A stretch of DNA of 63,372 nt, the filler included, from Octopus bimaculoides (taxonomy: Eukaryota), in the NCBI RefSeq assembly GCF_001194135.2. It is 4 parts of 4 records of this genome, joined end to end, with 100 filler letters (N's around TTAATTAATTAA, not from the genome) between each part and the next. Parts side by side here need not be neighbours in the genome. Positions count along the whole stretch, not along the records: positions 1 to 29,420 come from NC_068984.1; positions 29,521 to 55,050 come from NC_069009.1; 2 more parts are not named here. One strand, 5' to 3'. Of the stretch, positions 24,442 through 37,679 are shown one piece after another (positions within the stretch are counted from its first letter, which is position 1; each line of letters starts with the position of its first letter). The notes beneath the pieces were generated by a model. It worked only from the letters and a program-made list of their open reading frames with translations. It made no database searches and had not been told where the DNA came from. The position numbers and the translations under genes are program-made.

Positions 24442-26730
24442 ACGTCAAATTGATTTAATAAAATCCGAGATATAATGATGGCCAAAAATAGTTAACTTAC
24501 GCTTTTTCAATTATATTGCTGTTAATAGCTATCCAGTACTCCTTATGGGAGTTCTGGATAACTATTGTGTAATTAAGGTTTTATTTAAGTCAGTTTACAA
24601 CCCCGAGTTCAAATTCGATCGCAGACACGAAGTGGAGGCTCCGCCATGTTGTTCTATGTACACTAAATAAAACCAAGTGTTTGGTGAGGCTCGAACGTCC
24701 TCAGGTGTTCGTATGACACTCTTCAGTGTACAACTTTATGGACTGGTTTCTCTGTAGCACAGTCAGGCGTTATCTTGCACGGGCTATCACACAGTTGTTT
24801 TTATTACACGTTGCAACAAGTAGTTTTAATGCAACAAAATATATAAGCTGGGTCATGAAGCAACAAATAGGATTTGCTGCACTGAAGTAAAGTCCTAAGC
24901 AACAGTCCTATGTATAAGAAAATAATATGACAAAGCATAAACATACAAATAATAGAAATACTGCTAGAAATCTAATCTCTCGCGGTGGGTGGCTGGTGAT
25001 TATGTAGGATTATGTTGTTTATTGCTTATGCACCCAAAAATAATCAAAGCATTAACTGTTGCGATGTTATGTACCATTGGATTTCATAACGTATTAGAGA
25101 GGATTAAAGTACCAAATATCTTAGAGTGCATCGTTAAGAGGGCAACTAAAACAAGTGGAGAAGAATGTGGTGGTGGTGGTGGTGGTCGGAGTGGAGGTGC
25201 AACCGTGAGTGTGTAACATGTAGAGATTGGCTCTCGTATATCGAGGAAATCGAGGGATATCGAAAGATACATTCGTAAGAGGATGATTAAAAATGATTGC
25301 GCGTAGAGTACTTTAAAAAGATGGTGATGTGCGATGCTGATAAGCGTCACTTTCTTCACGTGTTTATTTTTGTAAAAGGGAAATGTCAGAAAAATTTGCA
25401 AGGATCACGTGTTTATTTTTGTAAAGGGGAGATGTCAGAAAAATCTGCAAGGTACTTTTTTTTATGACAAGCTAGAGTGTATGATGGTAGAGAATATACT
25501 AGTAGGGAATATGAAGAAATAGAGAATAAAGAAGTATGCTTTAACAATTCCATATTTCTGAGATGAGGAATTATATTATGTGTTAATCGGAATGATGTCC
25601 CCACCTTCTCTACGTTTCTGCTGTGTACATTCCAGCATTCTTCAAGAGTGTTGTGATTCACCTTAGTGCCTTGCCTGGGCTTGAACTCAGAACCTCTAAG
25701 TAACTGTATTACATTAAATAGCGCCTTTAACCACTACGCTATGATTGTAGGATGAAGGCGCCGGTTAATGCAGCTCAGTCATCTAGAGGTCCTGAATTCA
25801 ATCCCAGACAAGGCACAAAGGTGAATCACAAGACACTTGAATGCTGGAGCGTACACAACAGAAATGGTAGTGAAAGCAACAACCAAGATGAGGACACTAG
25901 TTCGACTAAATACATAGGTATGCTTTTGTTGTGTAGACTATATAGTACAGAAGCACTTTTTGTTGTTAGTTAGTCCCAAATCGGCCCTGATCGAGGCATC
26001 CAAATCATAACCATCCTGTATTTTCTTGGAGAGTATATCTAGAAGTATATTCTTCGTGGCATGATTTCACTTTTCATACTATTGGAAACTTCTGGAAACT
26101 TTGAACTTACTATCCGTGTCTTCATCATAGCGAAAAAAAATTACACTGTTTATATTTTTGAAAAAAATAAGTATATAAGAAAATGCAGAAAAATACAGTT
26201 ATTTACCCCTTCCTTAGTCACCGTTATTTTTTCTTTTCTTCTCTCTGTCTCACTACTTCCAATTTATTTATTCAGCTTCGTGAAAAAACATCACTCTCCG
26301 GCGTAGAGTCTTGAACGAAACGTTAACTTTTTCCCCTCTGCTGAGAGTCGGAGTAACTTATTTCCACTTTTGAACTATAATTAATAATAACTAGCGAGCT
26401 ATCTTGCTATTCTACGTTGGGGAAATATTAATAGAATTGATTTGCTTCTGGCTGATCTGAAAATATCATATGAAAAGACACCCACTCAGAAAAATTTTCA
26501 GCGTATAGATCTGTGCATGTGACTTACAAATGTGATTCTCGGGGTATCTGCAGAGTGGAATGTCGTCTTTCGGCAAGTAAATCAACATCCTAGTGCTGCA
26601 GTATGTACTGCGGTAGTTACTATATTTCGCACATTTGATATAGTCCAATACATAAAGATAAATAAAATGTGATGGATGATGTAATTGTAGTAATGTAACC
26701 AAGAACAGGCAATATGACAAATAATGATAT

Positions 26731-26939
26731 CAAATTTTTGCCGCAAGGGAAGCTTGGGGGGGGGAGATTAAGTCGGCTACATCGACCCCAGTGTTTCACT
26801 GGTACTTAATTCAATCGACTCCGAAAGGATGAAAGGCAAAGTCGACCTCGGCGGAATTTGAACTCAGAACGTAGCGACGGGCGAAATACCGCTAAGCACT
26901 TCGTCCAGCGTGCTACCGATTCTGCCAGCTCGCCGCCTT
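26731..26939 (-). mobile_element. Family C SINE monomer
   Basis: Near-consensus: gaaaggatgaaaggcaaagtcgacctcggcggaatttgaactcagaacg...ctgccagctcgccgcctt. Confidence 0.9.
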
Positions 26940-27099
26940 GCTATATGATAAATAATATTAGGTTGTCACACATGAAATGTTGCATTTTTAATTACTTATT
27001 ATTTCAGTCATTTAAAAACTCAATTGCATTTAATCTTGACTCTTTTTCTTTCCCAACACTATTGGTATACAAAATTCGTACCCACAGACCTTATGAATA

Positions 27100-27975
27100 C
27101 GATAACAACCAAACTATGTTGAGTGATTTTCTCATATAAGTACAAACTGGATCATTCTGCCGCAGAACCTCTATGGAATATCAAGTGGGCCTTTGGTAAT
27201 GGCTTTGTTGACATCAAAATTGTTCAGAGCTGCTTCTAAAGATCACGATCAGGAGATGAAAGCCTTGAAAATGAACCAGGGGGTAGGCCAAAATCAGTTA
27301 CTCAGCATGGTGGGTTAAATGTTTTGTTGAACAAAATCCGAGAACAGCGGTCCGAAAACTTTCATCAGGACTCCAAAACATCTCACACAATTATTTCTCA
27401 GCACCTGAAAAAAATTGGAAAAGTCAAGAAGATGGATAGGTTTGTTCCACATCAACTGAACGAGATTCAAAACAAAGCAGGCTCCTCGAAGTGTACTCCT
27501 TATTGCTTTCTCAACAGGAAAAAGAACCATTTTTGCATAGAATGTGATGAGAAATGGATACTCTTTGACAACAGCAGGAGAACAGGACAGTGATTAGATG
27601 CAGGAGAGACACCTAAACACTATCCAAAACCACCATTGCACCCGAAAAAGTTAGTGGTCACCGTATGGTGGTCTGCGAAGGGGGTTATTCATCATTCATT
27701 TTTGCAACAAGGAAAAACGGTAACAGCAACATCGTATTGCTCGGAAATTGATTGTATGCATGAGAATTTGGAAAAGAAGCAACCTAGACTAGTGAATAGA
27801 GATAGCCCAATTTTGTTCCACGACAATTCACATCTTCACTCTCTTCAAGCTACGGTCCAAAAGTTGCAAAGCCTGAATTATGAGATTTTGCAACATCCTC
27901 CCTATTCCCCTGATATCTCTCCTACTGATTATCACTTATTTAGGCATTTTGAGCTTTTCATACGCAATAATACAC
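27100..27975 (+). pseudogene. mariner transposase relic
   Basis: GDESLENEPGGRP, FVPHQL at 27441-27458 (WVPHEL motif), DEKWILFDN, HPKKLVVTVWW, LFHDN, HPPYSPDISPTDYHLF (YSPDI at 27903-27917); stops and frameshifts; TIRs not recognised. Confidence 0.9.
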
Positions 27976-28924
27976 TGTTTATGTCGTTGAAATTCCCATT
28001 AAAGCGCCTTGGATCTAGGTTAGAAACCGGCTCTTTATTGGCAAGAAATTTTGAAACAAAACTGAATAACAACATACATAATACATATATGCATACATGC
28101 ATACATACATACATTCGTATATACATACATACTTGCACATATATACATACATAATACACACATTCGTACATACATACATACATACTTACATATATATACA
28201 TAGATAATACACACATTTATACATCCATACATTCGTACATACATACATACTTACACATACATACACACACAGAGACATACATACATACTTACACATACAT
28301 ACATACATACATACATACATACATACATACATACATACATACACACTCACTGACAGACACACATACTTATCCAACCTCTAAAAATATAGATCCTGGGTGT
28401 CTGATCAAAAGAAAGTGACCTCATATTATTTGTCCTGTATCCACCCTTGTTAGTTCCAAATATGGAAAGCGTCCAAATTGGAATAGTGGTCTTGACCTTT
28501 TAATGACCACGGTCATGAAGTTAATTTTAGTGCCAAAAGCACTCCTATTGGTGTCAAGATTATTATTTGTGTTTACTTTATTTTATTCTTTTTTCTTTTC
28601 TTTTTCTTCTTCCGATCAACTGATTTTGTAATAGAGTTACAAGAATGCTATAGAGTTAAAGAGTAAGACATCTGGTCGGAATGCTGCCAAGAAAACTTTA
28701 ATGACATATATTAATTACTAATTAAATATATTGATGGAAAGTATTTTCGCACAAACACTAAACTAATTTATACTTTCCTCTCTCTTCAAACAAACAAACA
28801 AATGAATTAAGTTTTTGCCGGTGCTAATGCTGGAGTAAATTAACATCCGTATTAACTATCATAACAGCTAAATCAAAATGAAATCATGTGTCCTAAATTG
28901 TATGTTAATAATGATAATAATGAT

Positions 28925-29178
28925 AATCCTTTCTACTATAGGCACAAGGTTTGAAATTTTTTTTGCGTGGGTGGGGTGGGGTGAGGTCTAGTCGGTTCCA
29001 TCAACCTCAGTACTGAACTGGTATTTATTTCATTGACCCCCCCCCNNNNNNNNNNNNNNNNACGAAAGGACGAAATGCAAAGTCAATCTCAGCGGAATTT
29101 GACCTCCGAACGTAAAGATGGGCAGAATGCCGCTAAGCATTTAGTCAGACGTGCTAACGATTTTACCAGCACGCCGTC

Positions 29179-29228
<50 letters not shown>

Positions 29229-29420
29229 CCTTTATACTATAGGCACAAGGCCTGAAATTTTTATTTTGGTGGGGGCAGAGGTTAAGTCAATTACATCGAT
29301 CCCAGTACGCAACTGGTACTTAATTTATCGACACCGAAAGGATGAAAGGCAAAGTCGACCTCAGCGGAATTTGAACTCAGAACACGAAGACGGAGGAAAT
29401 GCCGCGAAGCATTTTGCCCG
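28925..29420 (-). mobile_element. Two tandem family C SINEs separated by (AAT)n
   Basis: Copies at 28925-29180 and 29227-29420, with (AAT)n at 29181-29228. Confidence 0.85.
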
Positions 29421-29520
29421 NNNNNNNNNNNNNNNNNNNNNNNNNNNNNNNNNNNNNNNNNNNNTTAATTAATTAANNNNNNNNNNNNNNNNNNNNNNNN
29501 NNNNNNNNNNNNNNNNNNNN
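29421..29520. other. Artificial 100-bp scaffold spacer (44 N + TTAATTAATTAA + 44 N)
   Basis: The identical construct recurs at 55051-55150 and 60877-60976. Confidence 0.9.
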
Positions 29521-29619
29521 ATATATATATATATATATATACTTCTTGTTTTCTTTTCTGTTTATCCGTATTTAATGTAAAACCAAGCTATTGGGCGTTT
29601 TATGAAAACACAGAGGTAC

Positions 29620-29890
29620 CTAATGACATTGGTGATGATGTTGATGATGGTGATGGTGATGAGGAAGATAATGATGACGACGACAATGATGATGATGATG
29701 ATGAGGATAATGATGATGATGAGGATGATGATGATGATGATGATGATGACGACAGTGATGATGACGACGATGAAGATGATGATGATGATGACCGTGATGG
29801 TTTTGATGATTATGATGATGATGATGATGATGATGAATTGGTTGTGGCGGTGGTGGCAATGACGACGACGACGACGATGCTGCTGCTGAT
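29620..29890 (+). repeat. (GAT)n compound trinucleotide microsatellite
   Basis: Imperfect (gat)/(gac)n. A counterpart (CAT)/(TAT)/(TAC)n lies at 49810-50190. Confidence 0.95.
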
Positions 29891-30731
29891 TTTTCGACAA
29901 ATTGGCGAAATTCGGTGCTGGGACACATCGACCAATTCTTTAGGGATCTTACTCTAGAGCCAAAAGGCAGACCTCCTGAATCAGGACTGAACTAGGGTTA
30001 AACAACAACAACAACAACAACAACAACACTATTTATAGCAATACTTATACAATCTACTATACATACATACACTCATGTAATATGACGAGTTTATAGGCGC
30101 AGGAGTGGCTGTGTGGTAAGTAGCTTGCTTACCACATGGTTNNNNNNNNNNNNNNNNNNNNNNNNNNNNNNNNNNNNNNNNNNNNNNNNNNNNNNNNNNN
30201 NNNNNNNNNNNNNNNNNNNNNNNNNNNNNNNNNNNNNNNNNGTCCTATTTCATGCACATATGAATACATACAATTATAAACATACATACATACATACTTA
30301 CAAACATACATGTATATATATATACACGTGTGGGTGTGGGTGTGTGTGTGTGTGTGTGCATATATATATGCATGTATGTATGTATGTATGTATGTATGTA
30401 TGTATGCATGCATGCACGTATGAATCTACGTTTGTAGATATAAGCATTTCATGTCTGTGTTTATCCACGTGCGCATAGATTTATGTAATGAATGACATTG
30501 TTGATATTCAACTGTCGCACGCATTTACGCGCGTCTGTGTGTTTTTCGTTTGTTTGTGTGTTTGTTAATTGGTATAAAATGAGGTAGACATCTTTCAAGG
30601 TAGTACCCAGTAAATAAATATAACATGGAGTTTATATATTATATTATTTATAACAGAGATTGCGTTACATTTGTTTCGAACAAACGTTCTAATCAAATGT
30701 TGTGCTTTTTCCTAGCCTTATTTACGTATTC

Positions 30732-31112
30732 AGAGGCGCAATGGCCCAATGGTAAGGGTAGCAGACTCGCGGTCATAGGATCGCGGTTTCGATTCCCAGA
30801 CCGGGCGTTGTGAGTGTTTATTGAGCGAAAACACCTAAAGCTCCACGAGGCTCCGGCAAGGGATGGTGGCGAACCCTGCTGTACTCTTTCACCACAACTT
30901 TCTCTCACTCTTATTTCCTGTTTCTGTTGTGCTTGTATTTCAAAGGGTCAGCCTTGTCACACTCTGTGTCACGCTGAATATCCCCGAGAACTACGTTAAG
31001 GGTACACGTGTCTGTGGAGTGCTCAGCCACTTGCACGTTAATTTCACGAGCAGGCTGTTCCGTTGATCGGATCAACTGGAACCCTCGTCGTAAGCGACGG
31101 AGTCCCAACAAC
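30732..31112 (+). mobile_element. tRNA-derived SINE, family A
   Basis: Highly similar to 14432-14818; 12-bp TSD atttacgtattc (30720-30731, 31113-31124). Confidence 0.9.
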
Positions 31113-32664
31113 ATTTACGTATTCTGAATGTCACAGCTTACAACGACTGCGGGTCTCTCTACTCATTGCGATACAATATATCCTTATTCTGTAACATCTT
31201 TATTTTATCATTTAAATTGTTTGGTGATTGACTGCTGCGTTCTGTTTGATATTTGTGGCGTTCCATCAACCACAACCATAGATTAATGCATTTCTATCGA
31301 AATAGAATGGCAGAACGGTAAAGTTGACTTCGACGGGATTTCAACTCAAAGCTTACCTGCAACAAACACGACAAAGCAGTCTCTCCCACGCCGGGACCAC
31401 TCTGCCGAACACACATACGCACACACACGCACACACACACACACAGACAACTAGGTATATATGTGTATGTCTGCATATCTACTCGCGTGTTCACATAGGC
31501 CTCTGTGTATTCATATGTAAACATATATGTATGTGAAAATGTGTATATATACAAATGTATATATTAAATATTATATATATATATACATACAAGTATATCG
31601 ATCTATACGTATATATACGTGTGACTGCGTGTGTGTGTAGGTGTGTGTGTGTGTGTGTACGCGTATTCATTTATTAACATATATNNNNNNNNNNNNNNNN
31701 NNNNNNNNNNNNNNNNNNNNNNNNNNNNNNNNNNNNNNNNNNNNNNNNNNNNNNNNNNNNNNNNNNNNNNNNNNNNNNNNNNNNNNNNNNNNNNNNNNNN
31801 NNNNNNNNNNNNNNNNNNNNNNNNNNNNNNNNNNNNNNNNNNNNNNNNNNNNNNNNNNNNNNNNNNNNNNNNNNNNNNNNNNNNNNTAAAAGAGTTCCAA
31901 CACTGTCTGTTTTTCTATGTTTTATTTATATTCCTGCAGAACTAATGTGGGGTATAGAATATGGAATATACAGTATATAATATAATATACAATATATAAT
32001 ATAAAATAAAATAAAATAAAAATGGATGGCACCATGAAAGAAAGTATTGAATGTAGATGAAATATTGAGTGTTCAATATAAAGGATCAAATATATAAATA
32101 TATAAAGGCGACTCGAGTTTCAGGGCTATTTCCCTTCGTCATGGCCGGTATGACAGCGTGTAGGAATATTTGTAGGCGTATATACTCAAGTTTATGTATA
32201 CCTCTATGTATCGCAAAATTATATGAAATATAACAAAATATATTTTAAATACACAAATAACATCGACAAAATCTGTCTGAAAATATTCTAAAAATGTACA
32301 CTTAAGAACATTTATATTATATTTAACTGTTTTAATCAAATATTTTGTTTGTTTGCCACAAAATGATGTGTCGTTATCAGTTTTTTGTTTTTTTTCTCTT
32401 AACAGAATCAAAAAAATATTTGTGAAAATATATTTATATAAACATGCGAAGAGGTTTAACCTTTCAACATGGCGTCTGCGCTAGTCTGAACGACTTGCTT
32501 TGCACTGTTTCTGTCTGTCTTCATCGATATTTCTCTGGCTTTTTTTCTCTGTTAATACATACGTACATACATACATACATACATACATACATACATACAT
32601 ACATACATACATACATACATACATAGTAATATCATTTAAGGTAGCAAGCTGGCAGATTCATTTG

Positions 32665-32830
32665 CAGACAATCATTATTGGAGCAACAGAGCACATACCA
32701 AACTGTCTGGAGCAAAGTATGGTTTGGACAGAGAAAGCAAATGCTTAATTCATACTTCATATTATCCACGATACCTGGCAATATAAAAATCTGCAAGACC
32801 TTCTGAAGATTTAAAGGATGGGGATTAAGA
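32665..32830 (+). mobile_element. Degenerate 3' end of a related RLE-type LINE
   Basis: TIIIGATEHIPNCLEQ...GNIKICKTF across frameshifts, similar to 33090-33360. Confidence 0.45.
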
Positions 32831-32922
32831 TAAGATAGTTTCCTTTACAGCCTAAGTGGACAGTAAAAATTTACGCAAAATTATAAAGAGAAAGAAAATA
32901 ACGTACATACGTACATACATAC

Positions 32923-32953
<31 letters not shown>

Positions 32954-33089
32954 CATACATACATACATGCATACATACGTACGTACGTACATAGATGCAT
33001 ACATGCATACATGTATACGTACATACATACATATGTAGACACAAATACATCTGTGTACGTATGTATGTTCTCTTCTATTTTTAATTATT

Positions 33090-33360
33090 TGAAGTCTTCC
33101 TATAAGGAAGGAGCTGGTTTCTAACAAAGATACAAAGCTCCATTACTGAAATATAAATAACAAAAACAGTGTCACGTTTTGAACTTGAGAAAAGACTTGC
33201 ATATCTTTACTGTTCCGCTTACAGATTGTATTTGTAATGTGCGTGTTAGCTGGTTGATTTCTTTTTCTGAAAATCTCAGATTTTCCAGATTTTCACTTAA
33301 GAATTTACTCACATAGCCAAGTACATCAATTATTATTGGTGTGAATGTGAATTTATACAT
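33090..33360 (-). mobile_element. 3' end of an RLE-type LINE
   Basis: YKFTFTPIIIDVLGYVSKFLSENLENLRFSEKEINQLTRTLQIQSVSGTVKICKSFLKFKT*, resembling the PIIIGALG C-terminus of RLE retrotransposons. Confidence 0.6.
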
Positions 33361-33496
33361 ATATATATACACACACACGCAGGCACACACACACATATAT
33401 ATAGATATACCCATATATATATATATGTATATATATACATATATATGTGTGTGGGTATGTATATAATATCTATCTATATATATATATGTGTGTGTA

Positions 33497-33551
<55 letters not shown>

Positions 33552-33592
33552 TTGTATCTACATATATGTATGTATGTATGTGTATGTATATA

Positions 33593-33623
<31 letters not shown>

Positions 33624-34211
33624 GTATATGNNNNNNNNNNNNNNNNNNNNNNNNNNNNNNNNNNNNNNNNNNNNNNNNNNNNNNNNNNNNNNNNNNNNNN
33701 NNNNNNNNNNNNNNNNNNNNNNNNNNNNNNNNNNNNNNNNNNNNNNNNNNNNNNNNNNNNNNNNNNNNNNNNNNNNNNNNNNNNNNNNNNNNNNNNNNNN
33801 NNNNNNNNNNNNNNNNNNNNNNNNNNNNNNNNNNNNNNNNNNNNNNNNNNNNNNNNNNNNNNNNNNNNNNNNNNNNNNNNNNNNNNNNNNNNNNNNNNNN
33901 NNNNNNNNNNNNNNNNNNNNNNNNNNNNNNNNNNNNNNNNNNNNNNNNNNNNNNNNNNNNNNNNNNNNNNNNNNNNNNNNNNNNNNNNNNNNNNNNNNNN
34001 NNNNNNNNNNNNNNNNNNNNNNNNNNNNNNNNNNNNNNNNNNNNNNNNNNNNNNNNNNNNNNNNNNNNNNNNNNNNNNNNNNNNNNNNNNNNNNNNNNNN
34101 NNNNNNNNNNNNNNNNNNNNNNNNNNNNNNNNNNNNNNNNNNNNNNNNNNNNNNNNNNNNNNNNNNNNNNNNNNNNNNNNNNNNNNNNNNNNNNNNNNNN
34201 NNNNNNNNNNN

Positions 34212-34243
<32 letters not shown>

Positions 34244-34519
34244 TACTTTTATAAAAAAGAAAAGGCTTGGGACACAGATGGCAGTGTTGTTAAAAAATTG
34301 TAGTTCCACCCCAGAGGGCGCCTTATGTCTTATCCGCTTTTAATTCTCCTTAGATCGGATTTGACTTACTCTTATGGATCAACGGATTAATGGACCACCA
34401 TCCGAAAACACCTGCTCACCCGAACTAAGAGGGAAGTTTCTCTTTGGGATGTCGACTTGTGTTACATAGTAGCCAAATTCTTCTCACTGTCGTATGAGCC
34501 AATGAGGGCCACCGCCATT

Positions 34520-34699
34520 GCAGCTACACCTTGTAGAAAGAGCAGCCAAATTTCCTTCAAATCACACCCAACTGTCTCATGTATGTATATATGTATGTAT
34601 AAGCTAATGACAGAAACCTTTACATGGTAGCTTGACCTGCTAGAAATAGCAGCCAAATCTCCCTCAAATCACACCCTACTCTCTTATGTATGTATATAT

Positions 34700-34766
<67 letters not shown>

Positions 34767-35365
34767 TAGGGCAGGGAATTGCCAATTGGTTAATAAAATT
34801 AATAATTAACAATTTTGCAAAGTAGTTCAGTGCTATTTCTAAATTTTCAGTATGTTGGTGAAGCAACTCATGCTGATCCCTGTATGTTTATAATTATATA
34901 TATANNNNNNNNNNNNNNNNNNNNNNNNNNNNNNNNNNNNNCAACCACATGGTTCCGGATTCAAGTGTCTTCTACTATAGCCTCGGGCCGACCAAAGCCT
35001 TCTGAGTGGATTTGGTAGACGGAAACTGTAAGAAGCCCGTCGTATATATGTATATATAGGTGTTTGTGTGTCTGTGTTTGTCCCCCCAACGTCGCTTGAC
35101 AACCGATGCTGGTGTGTTTACGTCCCCGTAACTTAGCGGTTCGGCAAAAGAGACTGATAGAGTAAGTACTAGGCTTACAAACAATAAGTCCTGGGGTCGA
35201 TTTGCTCGATTAAAAGGCGGTGCTCCAGCATGGCCGCAGTCAAATGACTGAAACAAGTAAAAAAGTATATATGTATTAGCCAATGAAGGAGACTTCTATA
35301 TGGTAAATAGATTTGGTAGAAACAGCAACCAAATCTATCCCAAATCTAACTCTACCGTCTTAGAG
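34520..35365 (+). repeat. Unclassified interspersed repeat, three short copies
   Basis: tagaaa(g/t)agcagccaaat(c/t)tcc(c/t)tcaaatcacaccc at about 34533-34575 and 34642-34685, plus a degraded copy at 35315-35360. Confidence 0.5.
34942..35264 (+). mobile_element. Family D SINE
   Basis: accacatggttccgg...ctactatagcctcgggccgaccaaagcc...gactgaaacaagtaaaa. Confidence 0.9.
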
Positions 35366-35624
35366 GTCACACGTAGACGTTTACATAGTAGCTGGACATA
35401 ATCGAAACAGCAGCTGGATCTGTGAGATTTCCTGATTAACGTATATCTTCTCAGCTTTTATCTTTTACTTGTTTAAAAATTCTTCAGAGCGGTGCCCCAG
35501 CATAGACTGCGGCCATGCTGGACAGAGAAAATTAAGTACCAGTTGCGTACTGTGGTCGATCTAATCGATTGGCCCCCACCCCAAAATTTTCGGGCCTTGT
35601 GCCTAGATTAGAAAAAAAAATGGA

Positions 35625-35854
35625 GAGAGAACGAATTGCTTCCCAGTTACATGGTTCCAGGTTTAGTCCCAATGTGTTGCAAGTGTCTTCGACTATAGTC
35701 TCGGCCCGACTAGACCTTGTGAATAGATTTGGTTGACGGAAGCTCAAAACAGCTTGTACATATATAAATATATATATATACATACATATATACAAACACA
35801 CACACATATACATACATATATATATATAAAAGCATATATATACCTACTTATATT

Positions 35855-35929
<75 letters not shown>

Positions 35930-36150
35930 GTGCGTGTCATTGCGTCTGTTGTCTCATCACCACCGCATGACAACCGGTACTGGTTTGTCTACCTCCCGTA
36001 ACCAAGCTGTTCGGCAAAAAGTCACCGATAAAATAAGTGCCAGGCTTAAAAAACAAAGAAGCACTGAGGTCTATTCGTTCGAGAAAAAGAAATCTGCTAG
36101 GCGGTGCCCCAGCATGGCCGCTATCTAATGACTAAAACAAGTTAAAGACA
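35625..36150. mobile_element. Family D halves in opposite orientation around a microsatellite
   Basis: Minus-strand 5' half at about 35630-35755, (TA)/(TG)n, then plus-strand 3' half at about 35960-36150. Confidence 0.65.
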
Positions 36151-36530
36151 AAAGGTAGAAGATAAAATGTTGGAGAAACAATAGGCGATATTTATTGCTT
36201 GAGACACACAAGTCTTGCAATTGACAGCGATCCTCTATTTTCACATAAATAAACACATCCATGTTTATATGTTTACAGAAGAGATAAGGAATGCATTAGC
36301 CAGAAACACATGTTATATATTATGCAACAGAGGTACACGGAGTCGTGTTCTATGCTATTTTCTATGCTATTTTTATGCTGCTAATGCTATTTTCAAAACT
36401 ATGAAATGTTATCCCGTGGCTTCGCTTTGCGCGGCACTTTGGGCAAGTAGCATCTACTGAAACTCCCGTGTCGACCACAGCTTTATGAGTGAAATTCATT
36501 GACAAAACTGAAAGAAACTCGGTGTATCTT

Positions 36531-37378
36531 TACGAGGCCTGATCAATAAGTATCCGGACTGTTGCCATAATAACGAAGCTGAAGCATGCAGAGAGAACCC
36601 GCTTGGTAGAGATTGACCTTGAACCCTGCTGTGCATGCGTATTAAGCTTTAACGTTCTAGGTCACTTCCGCTGTTTACAGCAGTGCTTGGAAGTAACGTG
36701 TGTAGTATGTGATCGATGCATTGACCATTATAGAGAAAGTTGTCATGGCGATACCTGCTCAGAATCTTTCGCAAATTTACATAAAATGTATGGAGACGGG
36801 TGTATGAACCACATACAAGTGTATGATTGGTTTAGACGTTTCCAAGATGGCCGAAAAAATGTCGATATTGACGAACATTCTGCGAGACACGCAACATCGC
36901 AGGTGTACGTGCAGCTGTCAGAGGAAATCGTCGAATCACCATCCGTGAGTTCTCAGAGGATGTGCAGATTAGTTACGGTTCAGTTCAGTCCATTATCACT
37001 GAAGATTTGGCTATAAGACGCGCGTCTGCCAAGTTTGTGCTAAAACTGCTTCCAGTTGACCAAAAGACACTCGGGTTTCTGTTGCACAAGATCTCTTTGA
37101 TTGTATAAACTTTGTTTAGGCCACTGAGCAGGTATCACCAAGCTTTTGGCAAACTTTGATGCGGATTCTCTGCTCAACTTTCTCTGTCATGGTCAATGCG
37201 ACGATCACACGCTAACAACGTTCCTTCCAAGCACTACTGTGAACAGCGGAAGCGAGCTAGAAGGTTAAAACATAGTGCACATGCGCAACAGAGTTCACGG
37301 TCAATCTGAACGAATCGGCTTCACTCTGTGTACATTAGCTTCGTTACTATGGTAACATTCCGGATACTTATTGATCAG

Positions 37379-37380
<2 letters not shown>
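36531..37380 (+). mobile_element. mariner-derived fold-back element (5' end + HTH region + inverted copy of the 5' end)
   Basis: TA at 36531-32. ctgatcaataagtatccgga (36539-36558) is perfectly inverted at 37359-37378, and inverted similarity extends about 250 bp. Coding remnants VYDWFRRFQDGRKNV and NRRITIREFSEDVQISYGSVQSIITEDL...SAKFVLKLL; no DDD domain. Confidence 0.85.
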
Positions 37381-37428
<48 letters not shown>

Positions 37429-37440
37429 CACATATATATA

Positions 37441-37641
37441 TTACCCTAACTCTTCGAAACGCCAGTGTTATAATGGTGGCAGCTGATGAAAGGAATGTTC
37501 TCTATGTGGCCTGTGTGTTTTCTGTACCCTGTTTATCATTTTGTCCACGTTTTTTTTGCAACGTCATGTACCCAGATATGCATCTATATATACATGTAGA
37601 TGAAGGTATGTACATACATGTACATATATATGCAGATACTC

Positions 37642-37660
<19 letters not shown>
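37441..37660 (+). ncRNA. Repeat with hammerhead-like core motifs (GAAAC before CTGATGA), copy 1
   Basis: cttcGAAACgcc (37456-37460)...ggcagCTGATGAaagg (37483-37489); 5' end eroded by (TA)n; similar to 38570-38800. Confidence 0.45.

Positions 37661-37679
<19 letters not shown>

Noticed and set aside
24730-24800. Minus-strand QDNA as a Tc1/mariner catalytic motif
   Set aside because: Four residues followed by a stop, with no supporting flanking motifs.
29562-29928. Poly-His, poly-Met and poly-Ile ORFs (also 49751-50484, 52801-53402, 58178-58592)
   Set aside because: Translations of trinucleotide microsatellites, open in several frames on both strands.
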